Source of the DNA: Acidimicrobiia bacterium
Lineage (GTDB): Bacteria; Actinomycetota; Acidimicrobiia; Spongiisociales; UBA5794
Direction: 5' to 3'
Length of the DNA: 64,000 nucleotides
Assembly (NCBI GenBank): GCA_041611095.1
Contig: JBFINP010000003.1
Location: forward strand, 2,800 to 66,799
Shown one piece after another: positions 56,812-64,000 of this stretch. The position numbers and the translations under genes are program-made. A model generated the notes under the pieces. That model saw nothing but the letters and a program-made list of their open reading frames with translations. It was not told the DNA's origin and made no database searches. Position 1 is the first letter of the stretch, and the number at the start of each line of letters is the position of its first letter.

Positions 56812-57863
56812 GACAGGCCGGCACCTTCGAGCAGGGGGGCGACGTCGACGGCACGCCCGTCCCGGACCGACGACTCGAGGGCGGCCCGCACCACCGCCAG
56901 CGCCCTCATTGCCTCGTCGATGCCGACCTCTACGTCGGCCCGGCCCCGAATGGCCAGGCCGAACTCGTCGAGCTGCTCCCGGAACATGTCGGTGGTCGGC
57001 AAGGGAACGATCTTGCGCGTCATGTCCCGGTAGCTCTGGGAGACCAAGGTGCTCCACTCGTCGGCCTCGTGAGAGGCGTCCCAATGGGTGAAGTCGAGGT
57101 CGTACATGAGGTTGGCCTTGGTGCCTTGGAGCCGGAGCTGATAGATCCCGGGGGAGGCCCACCCACAACCGATGTAGCCGAGCGCCCCCGATTCGAACTC
57201 GAGGATCGCCATGACCGCATCGGGCACCTCGGACGCGGTGTAGAGCTTGCGGGCGTGCGCCGTGACCCGGGCGACGGGACCGAGGAGGTACTGCAGGTTG
57301 TCGGCGTGGTGCACGCCGAGCTGGATGAACGTGCCCCCCGGGCTCTTGTCCGCATACCACCGCCAGGTCTCCGGGGTGAGCTCGAGACCTCGCTCGTTGG
57401 AGAAGTTGGCCTCGGCGAGGGAGACGTCTCCGAGCGAGCCCGATTCGATCCACTCCCTCATCACCCTACTCCCGGCCAAGCGCCGGGCGCTGTGTCCCAC
57501 GGCGAAGACGCCTCCCGAGGCGGAAACCGCGTTCCGCACGTCGAGGGCGTGCTCGAGCGTGTGGGTGATCGGCTTGTCGGTATAAACCGCCTTCCCGGCC
57601 TCGAGTGCGGCGATGATGAGGTCGCGGTGGGTGTCGTTCGGGGTGGTGATGATCACGCCCTCGACGTCGTCGTCGTGCAGCAGCTCGTCCAAGGTCTCCG
57701 CTGCCTTGGGGACCCCGAACTCCTCTTGGAAGGCATCGCGGCGGTCCGCCGAGCGGCTGAAGCAGGAGTGCAGCTCGATGACATCGCCACGCTGGGCCCC
57801 GCGGGCGAGCACCTTCGCCCAGCGCCCGAGACCGATGGATGCCAGCCGTACCTTGTCGTTCAT
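56808..57863 (-). CDS. Gfo/Idh/MocA-family NAD(P)-dependent oxidoreductase
   Basis: VRLASIGLGRWA (Rossmann), VIITTPNDTHRDLIIAALEAGKAVYTDKP (EKP-like motif). Confidence 0.9.
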   Translation of the reverse strand: MNDKVRLASIGLGRWAKVLARGAQRGDVIELHSCFSRSADRRDAFQEEFGVPKAAETLDELLHDDDVEGVIITTPNDTHRDLIIAALEAGKAVYTDKPITHTLEHALDVRNAVSASGGVFAVGHSARRLAGSRVMREWIESGSLGDVSLAEANFSNERGLELTPETWRWYADKSPGGTFIQLGVHHADNLQYLLGPVARVTAHARKLYTASEVPDAVMAILEFESGALGYIGCGWASPGIYQLRLQGTKANLMYDLDFTHWDASHEADEWSTLVSQSYRDMTRKIVPLPTTDMFREQLDEFGLAIRGRADVEVGIDEAMRALAVVRAALESSVRDGRAVDVAPLLEGAGLS

Positions 57864-58267
57864 CGGTGGTCCCTTGGTGTGTCGTGGTCCGTCATCTTGG
57901 CGTCCGTGGTGACATCGATGGTGGTCTCCTCCATGTTGTCGGCCAGTTGGGGGTGAGGGAAGAAGCAGACGAGCTCCATGACCTCATCGTCGTTGGGGAT
58001 GGTGGCGTGAGCGGCTCCGACCGGGACGTGGATCGTGTCGCCGGCGCGCACCGGCGTTCGCTCTCCGTCGATGTACACGACGCCGGATCCCTTGCGTACG
58101 AACACGACCTCCTCACTGGCGGGATGGCGGTGGGCGAACCGGCGCCGGCCCGGAGCCAGCTCCACGATGCGAACGCTCGATGCGGCCGGAACGTCCCGTA
58201 GCGGGTCGGCTGAGCGGCGTCCGGGGAGCTCGGCGAAGGGCACGTCATCGCCTCCGATCACCGCCAT
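57860..58267 (-). CDS. Cupin-domain protein
   Basis: Trimmed to ATG 58267. FAHRHPASEEVVFVRKGSGVV...GDTIHVPVGAAHA are cupin motifs. The stop overlaps the Gfo start (ATGA). Confidence 0.8.
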   Translation of the reverse strand: MAVIGGDDVPFAELPGRRSADPLRDVPAASSVRIVELAPGRRRFAHRHPASEEVVFVRKGSGVVYIDGERTPVRAGDTIHVPVGAAHATIPNDDEVMELVCFFPHPQLADNMEETTIDVTTDAKMTDHDTPRDHR

Positions 58268-59016
58268 GAGCGCAGCTCGAAGATGTTGCGGACATGGCCG
58301 ACGATGTCGTTGGCCACCGTTGCGGCGAAGCCGGCGGCGAGCTCCTCGGTGGCCCATGCGGGATCGCCGTACCAACCTGCCGGATCGATCTCGGTGACAT
58401 CGGTGATGTAGCCGTAGACGTCTCGGCGGCGGCGCATGGCATCCATGGCTGCGGCCCGATCCGATCGTGTGGTCTCCTCCACCAGCTCGCCGTGGACGAG
58501 TGCCGGGTCGTAGGCGAGCACCGCAAGCGCCTCGAGTCCTCCACCGTGGGTGAGCTCGCCGCCGTCTTCGGCGTAGAGCCGCTGCGCCACGTAACAGGCC
58601 TGGGCCGCCACCACCTGCACGTCCGGGTGGCGGGTCTGCAGGCTCGTGGCGACGGCATCGAGCGCGGCGATGTTGCCTTCGTGCCAGTTGACGAACACGA
58701 AGCTGCGCGCCCCCATGGCGACGAGCTCGTCGCACACGTCGGTGACGAGGGCCTCGAACGTCTCGCGCCGGAGGCTCACGGTGCCTGGATGGCCGGCGTG
58801 GATGGGCGTGATGCCGTAGGGGGCGAAGGCCACGAGGAGGGCGTCGAGGCCGGCGGCGACCTCGGCGGCGACGAGCTCGGCGGCGATGGTATCCGTCCCC
58901 GCGGGAAGGTGCGGACCGTGTTGCTCGACGCTGCCGAAGGGCAGCACCGCCACCGGTGAGCGGCTGAGCACCGCCGCCACCTCGGGGCTCGTCATGTGGA
59001 AGAGCGAGCGACTCAC
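58258..59016 (-). CDS. Creatininase-family amidohydrolase
   Basis: Start GTG 59016 (GTGA overlap, GAGGAGG upstream) or ATG 58995. LPFGSVEQHGPHLPAGTD, FVNWHEGN and THGGGLE are creatininase metal-site motifs. Confidence 0.85.
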   Translation of the reverse strand: MSRSLFHMTSPEVAAVLSRSPVAVLPFGSVEQHGPHLPAGTDTIAAELVAAEVAAGLDALLVAFAPYGITPIHAGHPGTVSLRRETFEALVTDVCDELVAMGARSFVFVNWHEGNIAALDAVATSLQTRHPDVQVVAAQACYVAQRLYAEDGGELTHGGGLEALAVLAYDPALVHGELVEETTRSDRAAAMDAMRRRRDVYGYITDVTEIDPAGWYGDPAWATEELAAGFAATVANDIVGHVRNIFELRSWR

Positions 59017-59969
59017 GACACCTCCTCGGGGATCACGGGGTTGTGGACGGGTTGGCCCTCGAGGATGCGGCGGGCCTCGGCGGCGGCCTTCGTGCGCAGA
59101 TCCCGCTCCGACTCCTCGGTGTACCAGGCCATGTGGGGGGTCAGCAGCAACCGATCCATGACCGTGGCGAACTGCGTCGGGTCCGGTGGCTCCGGCTGGA
59201 AGACGTCGAGCGCAGCGTATGCGGGACGCCCGAGTTGGAGCGCCGACACCAAAGACTCGGTGTCGACCAGGGAGCCGCGCGCGGTGTTGACCAGGATGCT
59301 GCCCGGTTTCATGCGTGCCAGCTCGGCACGCCCGAGGAGGGGCGTCCCGTCGCCGGGAGCCGGGGCGTGCAGTGTGACGACATCCGACTCCGCGAGGAGT
59401 TGAGACCACGAGGCCGGCTCGACGCCGGGCACGTCGACCGGACTCCCCGGATCGTGGGCCAGCACCCGTCCGAACCCGAGGCTGCTGAGATGGGCGGCCG
59501 TGCGCCGTCCGATCCGGCCGAATCCGACGATCCCGACGGTGAGGGCGGATGGGAGATGGACCGGCCCGAGTCCGGCGATGTCCCATGCGCCGGCCTTCAC
59601 CAGCCGATCTGCGTCGGGCAGGCGACGCACCAAAGCCAGGACGAGCGCGACGGCGTGGTTGGCCACGGCGTCGGTGCCGTAGTCGGGAACGATGGCGACG
59701 ACGATGCCCAGCCGGTGGGCGGCGACGATGTCGATGTTGTCGTGACCGACGCCGTAACGGACGATGCCCCGGCAGGTGAGCCGGGCGAGCGTGTCGGCGT
59801 CGAAGCGAGGGTGCGGGCCGGCGAGGATCACCTCTGCGCCACCGGTCGCATTCACGATCTCGTCCCGGGTCGCGCCTGCGCTACGGGCGATCTGGTCGGA
59901 ACCGAGATTGAGAACGCCACACTCGATGTCCGCATCCGGCCATCGGGCTCCCAGGATCGCCACCGGCAT
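59013..59969 (-). CDS. D-isomer-specific 2-hydroxyacid dehydrogenase
   Basis: Trimmed to ATG 59969 behind GGAGGTGGA. VGIVGFGRIGRR (GxGxxG), NTARGSLVD and TPHMAW (catalytic His). Confidence 0.9.
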   Translation of the reverse strand: MPVAILGARWPDADIECGVLNLGSDQIARSAGATRDEIVNATGGAEVILAGPHPRFDADTLARLTCRGIVRYGVGHDNIDIVAAHRLGIVVAIVPDYGTDAVANHAVALVLALVRRLPDADRLVKAGAWDIAGLGPVHLPSALTVGIVGFGRIGRRTAAHLSSLGFGRVLAHDPGSPVDVPGVEPASWSQLLAESDVVTLHAPAPGDGTPLLGRAELARMKPGSILVNTARGSLVDTESLVSALQLGRPAYAALDVFQPEPPDPTQFATVMDRLLLTPHMAWYTEESERDLRTKAAAEARRILEGQPVHNPVIPEEVS

Positions 59970-60004
59970 CACTCCACCTCCGGTGCGACACAGTAGCCGA
60001 CGGT

Positions 60005-60020
60005 CTGCAATCGATTGCAG
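60005..60020. promoter_or_regulatory. LacI-type operator, perfect 16-bp palindrome CTGCAATCGATTGCAG
   Basis: Perfect dyad, 36 nt upstream of ATG 59969 on the minus-strand operon side. Confidence 0.75.
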
Positions 60021-60048
60021 ACGCAGATCACGAGAACGCAGATCACGA
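60021..60048. repeat. Tandem direct repeat ACGCAGATCACGA (x2, period 15) abutting the operator
   Basis: 60021-60033 and 60036-60048 are identical 13-mers separated by GA. Confidence 0.6.
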
Positions 60049-60123
60049 CACAGGGGTGCGGGGTCGGACGAGCGGCGCATCGTTTGACATGGCTTCATTG
60101 GACACCGTATGTTCTGGAGAGAG

Positions 60124-60139
60124 CTGCAATCGATTGCAG
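60124..60139. promoter_or_regulatory. LacI-type operator, perfect 16-bp palindrome CTGCAATCGATTGCAG
   Basis: Second perfect copy, 119 bp from the first (centre to centre). It sits just downstream of a candidate promoter, TTGACA (60084-60089), 18 nt, TATGTT (60108-60113), for the ABC operon. Confidence 0.75.
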
Positions 60140-60197
60140 CCCCCAGCAGCAATCGGGGGCTCACGAGGCACCCCCGGTGTGAGGAAGGGTATGCCGG

Positions 60198-62003
60198 ATG
60201 CGAGTGACACGAAACAGCAAGCCCGGCCGCAGCCGATTCTTGCTCGTGGTTATGTTGGCCCTGGCGCTCATCGCCACGGCGTGTAGCGGCGACGACGACG
60301 CCGGCGAAGCGCCGGCGACCACAGCCGACGGCGGCGAGGCACCGGCGACGACAACGGACGGAGGCGAGGCGCCGGCGACGACCGCCGATGGCGGCACGGC
60401 GACGACCGCGGCTCCCGACGCCGGGGGCGTGAACAATCCGGGCGTGTTCGTGCATGCCGCCGACGACGAGCCGACGACCCTCGACCCCGCACAGGTCGAG
60501 CCCGGAGAGGGAGGCGAGACCGTGATCCTCCAGGTCTACGAGCGGCTGCTCGAGATCGGGACGGAGGGTCCGGACCCCGTACCCGCACTGGCCACGGAGG
60601 TGCCGTCGCTGGAGAATGGACGCATCACGGACGATGGGCTGACCTACACGTTCCCCATCCGTGAGAACGTCACCTTCCACGATGGATCTCCCCTCACTGC
60701 CGACGACGTGCTCTTCTCATGGGAGCGGGTCATGACGATGGACCTCCCCGACGGGGCGGCGAGCGTGCTCAGCGACACGGTCGACTCCATGCAGGTCGTC
60801 GACGACTTCACCTTCGAGGTGACCTTGCAGGAGCCGAACGCGGCGTTCCTCAACGCCGTGGTTCCGGCGATGGTCTCGTCGATCGTCAGTCGAGAAGTGG
60901 TGGAGGCGAACGGCGGTGTCGTGCCCGGAGAGCCAAACGAGTTCATGTCGGGCAATCCCGTGGGCACAGGTCCTTACAGCTTCATTGCCTGGAACCGAGG
61001 CGAGGACCTCCAGTTCGCGGTCTACGAGAACTACTGGGGCACCCCGGCCAACCTCGACCTCCGGATCGAGATCGGAGCCGACCCGGACGTGCGGGTCCTC
61101 GGTCTGCGGGCCGGCGATTTCGACACGATCGAGACCGACCCGTCCTTCATCCGCGACATCGAAGGCGCCGAGGGCGTGACGATCTTCGCCGAGGGTCTCA
61201 CCGTCGAGCCGATCCACATCGCCTTCAACATGCGGTTCAATCCGGACGACCTGCCGGACTCCGACAACATCCCTGCGGACTTCTTCCAAGATCCTCGGAT
61301 CCGGCAGGCCTTCAACTACGCCTTCAACTACGAGGCCTTCGTCCAGGGTGCGCTTGGTGGGTTCGGTGACTTCAACCCGCACTACATCCCGATCGGGATC
61401 TTCGGCTACGACCCGAACGCCCCCGTGTACAACCAGCAGGACCTGGCGAGGGCGGAGGAGCTGTTCCGGGAGGCCGGCGTCTGGGACACCGGGTTCTCCA
61501 TCTCGGTCGTGACCGAGGAGGCCAACCTCTTCGAGGTGGCGGCCATCGTGCTGAAAGACTCGATCGACCAGCTCGGCAACCCCAACTTCACCATCACCGT
61601 CGCCTCGGTCGCCGAGGCGGTCTTCGACGAGGCCCATGCCTCCGACCCGGTGCCGTACGCGATGTGGGTGAAGAACGCCGATCCGTTCGCCGATCCTCAT
61701 GCGTATGTCGACTCGTACACCCATCCCGACGGGGAGTGGGGTGAGATTCACGGATTCCGCGATGCGTACGTGAACCCGGACCAGATCGCAGATCTCATCG
61801 ACCAGGCCAAGGTCGAGCTGGATCCGGACGTACGCGCCGCGCTCTATTCCGAGTTGCAGCAGTTGCTCTTCGAGGACCCGATGTGGATCATCGCCGCCCA
61901 GGAGGGTGTCGTTTCGGCCCGGCGGGACTGGGTGCAGGGGTTCGTGTCGAATCCGCTGTGGCCACGGCCGAGCCTCAAGTTCGCCCTGATGGACAAGGGG
62001 TGA
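60198..62003 (+). CDS. Family-5 (peptide/nickel/opine type) ABC substrate-binding lipoprotein
   Basis: RBS GAGGAAGGG. MRVTRNSKPGRSRFLLVVMLALALIATAC is a signal peptide plus lipobox, followed by a repeat linker and then SBP_bac_5 blocks (LATEVPSLENGRITDDGLTYTFPIRENVTFHDGSPLTADDV). Confidence 0.9.
   Translation: MRVTRNSKPGRSRFLLVVMLALALIATACSGDDDAGEAPATTADGGEAPATTTDGGEAPATTADGGTATTAAPDAGGVNNPGVFVHAADDEPTTLDPAQVEPGEGGETVILQVYERLLEIGTEGPDPVPALATEVPSLENGRITDDGLTYTFPIRENVTFHDGSPLTADDVLFSWERVMTMDLPDGAASVLSDTVDSMQVVDDFTFEVTLQEPNAAFLNAVVPAMVSSIVSREVVEANGGVVPGEPNEFMSGNPVGTGPYSFIAWNRGEDLQFAVYENYWGTPANLDLRIEIGADPDVRVLGLRAGDFDTIETDPSFIRDIEGAEGVTIFAEGLTVEPIHIAFNMRFNPDDLPDSDNIPADFFQDPRIRQAFNYAFNYEAFVQGALGGFGDFNPHYIPIGIFGYDPNAPVYNQQDLARAEELFREAGVWDTGFSISVVTEEANLFEVAAIVLKDSIDQLGNPNFTITVASVAEAVFDEAHASDPVPYAMWVKNADPFADPHAYVDSYTHPDGEWGEIHGFRDAYVNPDQIADLIDQAKVELDPDVRAALYSELQQLLFEDPMWIIAAQEGVVSARRDWVQGFVSNPLWPRPSLKFALMDKG
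60303..60392 (+). repeat. Three tandem 30-nt coding repeats (GEAPATT[A/T]DG) in the lipoprotein linker
   Basis: GEAPATTADG / GEAPATTTDG / GEAPATTADG read in the SBP frame, followed by a degenerate fourth unit. Confidence 0.8.
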
Positions 62004-62088
62004 TCCGAGACTGACGGTGCTGCGCGGTCTCCGGGACGTTGCGGAGACCGCGCGGTAACGTCGACGTAGCGCCGACGAGGGGACAGGG

Positions 62089-63102
62089 ATGCAGATCCGG
62101 GACTACATCGTCAGGCGGCTGATGGTGCTGCCGCTGCTGATCGTCGGCGTCTCGATCATCGTATTCACGCTCACCCGGGTCGGCGGATCCCCGATCGGGA
62201 TCTACCTCTCCCACGAGATGTCCCAGGAGGAAGTCGCTGAGCTCGAGGAGCGTTTCCACCTGAACGATCCGTTGCCGGTGCAGTACGCCTACTGGGCGGC
62301 GGGCGTGGTCCGCGGCGACCTCGGTTGGTCGGGCGTGGCGGCCGCTCCCGTCACCGATGTGTTTCTACCGAAGCTGGCGGCGACGATGGAGCTCGCCGTA
62401 TCGGCCGCGGTCGTGGCCGTGATTCTCGGCATCGCCCTCGGGACGTTCGCCGGTGCGCGCCGCAACCGGCTCCCCGATCACCTCACCCGCGTGTTCTCGA
62501 TCAGCGGTGCCGCAATGCCCCTGTTCTGGTTCGCCATCCTGCTGCTGATCGTGTTCTGGGTCTACCTCGGGTGGTTTCCCAATGGGCGCAGTACCCCAGA
62601 GGTGTACGCCCGAATCGCACACCCGACGAACCTGTATACCGTGGATGCGATCCTCGCCGGGGATCTCGGGGCGTTCCGCGACGCCGTCTGGCACCTCGTG
62701 CTGCCGGCCGTGGCCCTCGGCTACGGGGCGACCGCGATCATCGCGCGCATGATGCGGTCCTCGCTCGTGGAGGAGCTCCAGGAAGACTACGTCGATGCTG
62801 CTCGAGCCAAGGGGTTGCCGGAGCGACTGGTGCTCCGCCGCCACGCCCGGCGCAACGCACTGATCCCGACCGTGACGGTCATCGGGCTCAGTTTCGGGTT
62901 CCTCCTCCAGGGCAGCGTGGTCGCCGAGATCATCTTCCAATGGCCCGGGCTGGGGCGTTGGATGGCCGACTCCGTGCTCCGTGGCGATCAGGCCACGATC
63001 ATGGCTTACGTGCTGTTCACCTCGGTCCTCTTCCTGGTGGTGAATCTCGCCGTCGACGTGATCTACGCATACCTCGATCGCCGCGTCGTGCTGGGGCAGT
63101 GA
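62089..63102 (+). CDS. ABC permease (DppB/OppB-like)
   Basis: Track ORF. MQIRDYIVRRLMVLPLLIVGVSIIVF, and the conserved loop YVDAARAKGLPERLVLRRHARRNALIP. Confidence 0.9.
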   Translation: MQIRDYIVRRLMVLPLLIVGVSIIVFTLTRVGGSPIGIYLSHEMSQEEVAELEERFHLNDPLPVQYAYWAAGVVRGDLGWSGVAAAPVTDVFLPKLAATMELAVSAAVVAVILGIALGTFAGARRNRLPDHLTRVFSISGAAMPLFWFAILLLIVFWVYLGWFPNGRSTPEVYARIAHPTNLYTVDAILAGDLGAFRDAVWHLVLPAVALGYGATAIIARMMRSSLVEELQEDYVDAARAKGLPERLVLRRHARRNALIPTVTVIGLSFGFLLQGSVVAEIIFQWPGLGRWMADSVLRGDQATIMAYVLFTSVLFLVVNLAVDVIYAYLDRRVVLGQ

Positions 63103-63104
63103 GC

Positions 63105-64000
63105 ATGGTCGACGAAGCCGCTCCCGTCACCACCCGAGCCGCCGCCGACTCGGCATGGCGGGTTCGTCTGCAACGGGGAGGCGAGCTCAGCGGCGCGCTC
63201 CTCAAGAACCCCACGACGGTGACCGGCCTGGTGTTCATCGTGCTCATGATCGGCATGGCGCTGCTCGCCCCGGTCCTCACGGAACCCAACACGCCGGATC
63301 CCTACCAAATGCCGCGAGATTGGGAGGCGCTCGCCGTGCCGCCAGGCTCCCCGGGCCATCCGCTGGGGACGACCAACGTCGGCGGCGACGTGCTCTACGG
63401 CATGATCTGGGGGGCGCGAACCTCGCTGCGCCTCTCGCTCATCGTCGTATCGCTCACCGTCATCGTCGGTGTCACCGTGGGCAGCGTCGCCGGGTTCCGT
63501 GGAGGGAAAGTCGACGAGTTCCTGATGCGCATCGTCGACGTGTTCCTGTCGATCCCGGAGCTGATCTTCGCACTGGCGATCGCCGCCGTGCTCGGACCGT
63601 CGTTCCGCAACATCATCCTCGCCCTGGCCGTCGTGTTTTGGGTGAAGTACGCACGCATCATGCGCGCCCAGATCATCCATGTGAAGGAGAACGAGTACGT
63701 GGATGCGGCGCGCATGATCGGCGACTCGCCGTGGCGAATCTACCGCAGAGACGTGCTGCCCAACTCGATCACGCCCGTCGTGGTGCAGGCCACCTTGGAC
63801 ATGGGCAACATCGTCCTCGTTGGAGCGACGTTGAGCTTCATCGGTCTCTCCGAGGCGGGCATCGCCGAGTGGGGCGTGCTGGTCTCCGAGGGCCAGGCCG
63901 GCATATCCGCAGGACGCTGGTGGGCCTCGACCTTCCCCGGGCTGATGGTGTTCCTCTGGGCGTTGGCGTTCAACCTCTTCGGGGACGGGCTCCGCGACGT
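63105..64000 (+). CDS. ABC permease (DppC/OppC-like), 3' end beyond the window
   Basis: Absent from the ORF track because it is open-ended. ATG 63105 lies 2 nt after the upstream TGA. My translation includes HPLGTTNVGGDVLYGMIWGART and YVDAARMIGDSPWRIYRRDVLPNS. Confidence 0.9.
   Translation, partial: MVDEAAPVTTRAAADSAWRVRLQRGGELSGALLKNPTTVTGLVFIVLMIGMALLAPVLTEPNTPDPYQMPRDWEALAVPPGSPGHPLGTTNVGGDVLYGMIWGARTSLRLSLIVVSLTVIVGVTVGSVAGFRGGKVDEFLMRIVDVFLSIPELIFALAIAAVLGPSFRNIILALAVVFWVKYARIMRAQIIHVKENEYVDAARMIGDSPWRIYRRDVLPNSITPVVVQATLDMGNIVLVGATLSFIGLSEAGIAEWGVLVSEGQAGISAGRWWASTFPGLMVFLWALAFNLFGDGLRD

Noticed and set aside
60303-60392. Regularly spaced 30-nt repeats, considered as a possible CRISPR array or minisatellite
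   Set aside because: The repeats have no spacers and are read in frame as a GEAPATTxDG linker of the lipoprotein, so this is ordinary low-complexity coding sequence. No CRISPR-like repeat-spacer array exists anywhere in the window.
1-64000. Search for mobile elements, a phage-defence island, toxin-antitoxin pairs or rRNA/tRNA genes
   Set aside because: I found no transposase, integrase or recombinase motifs, no terminal inverted repeats, no tRNA-like structures, and no ATPase/nuclease gene pairs typical of defence systems. Apart from the viperin-like radical SAM gene, the content is metabolic and transport-related.

Overview
High-GC, very gene-dense chromosomal window of actinobacterial type. 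GC content was judged by eye, not computed. I support about 60 CDS. I found no rRNA, tRNA, CRISPR array, transposase or integrase. Many neighbouring genes share 4-nt ATGA or GTGA start/stop overlaps, which suggests translational coupling. The ORF track also holds many long antisense shadow ORFs typical of high-GC DNA. Layout: (1) 1-11.5 kb is a sugar/polyol block with an FGGY kinase, a sugar ABC importer and a minus-strand operon of FucU-like protein, aldo/keto reductase, Zn-ADH, E2 and a fused E1 alpha-beta 2-oxoacid/acetoin-type dehydrogenase. (2) 11.6-13.8 kb holds a single-cluster radical SAM enzyme whose block order looks viperin-like, preceded by an unannotated 36-codon ORF and an AI-2E transporter. 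(3) 14-29.8 kb is an amine/peptide catabolic block: amidohydrolase, DmpA-type aminopeptidase, P5C-dehydrogenase-like ALDH, CoA-transferase A/B, class-III aminotransferase, HDAC-type deacetylase and S9 peptidase, followed by a Dpp-type ABC importer. (4) 29.8-35.3 kb holds an oxidoreductase gene relic, a zf-UBP protein, a QueA-like protein and an SDR expressed from a SoxR-type promoter, then SoxR, a second SDR and a glutamine-synthetase-like ligase. (5) 35.3-38 kb is an ArsR/MerB locus. Its last operon gene, a rhodanese plus CBS pair, is intact except for two in-frame TGA codons at both Cys positions of a C-x4-C loop, each followed by a hairpin. I flag this as a candidate di-selenocysteine protein and the most interesting signal in the window. 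(6) 41-64 kb holds six transcription units arranged as three divergent pairs. Each divergent promoter region carries copies of one LacI-type palindrome, CTGCAATCGATTGCAG, and the LacI-family repressor is encoded inside the cluster. This looks like a roughly 23-kb catabolic regulon for an unknown substrate. All functional calls come from reading motifs in the translations. No database search was run.
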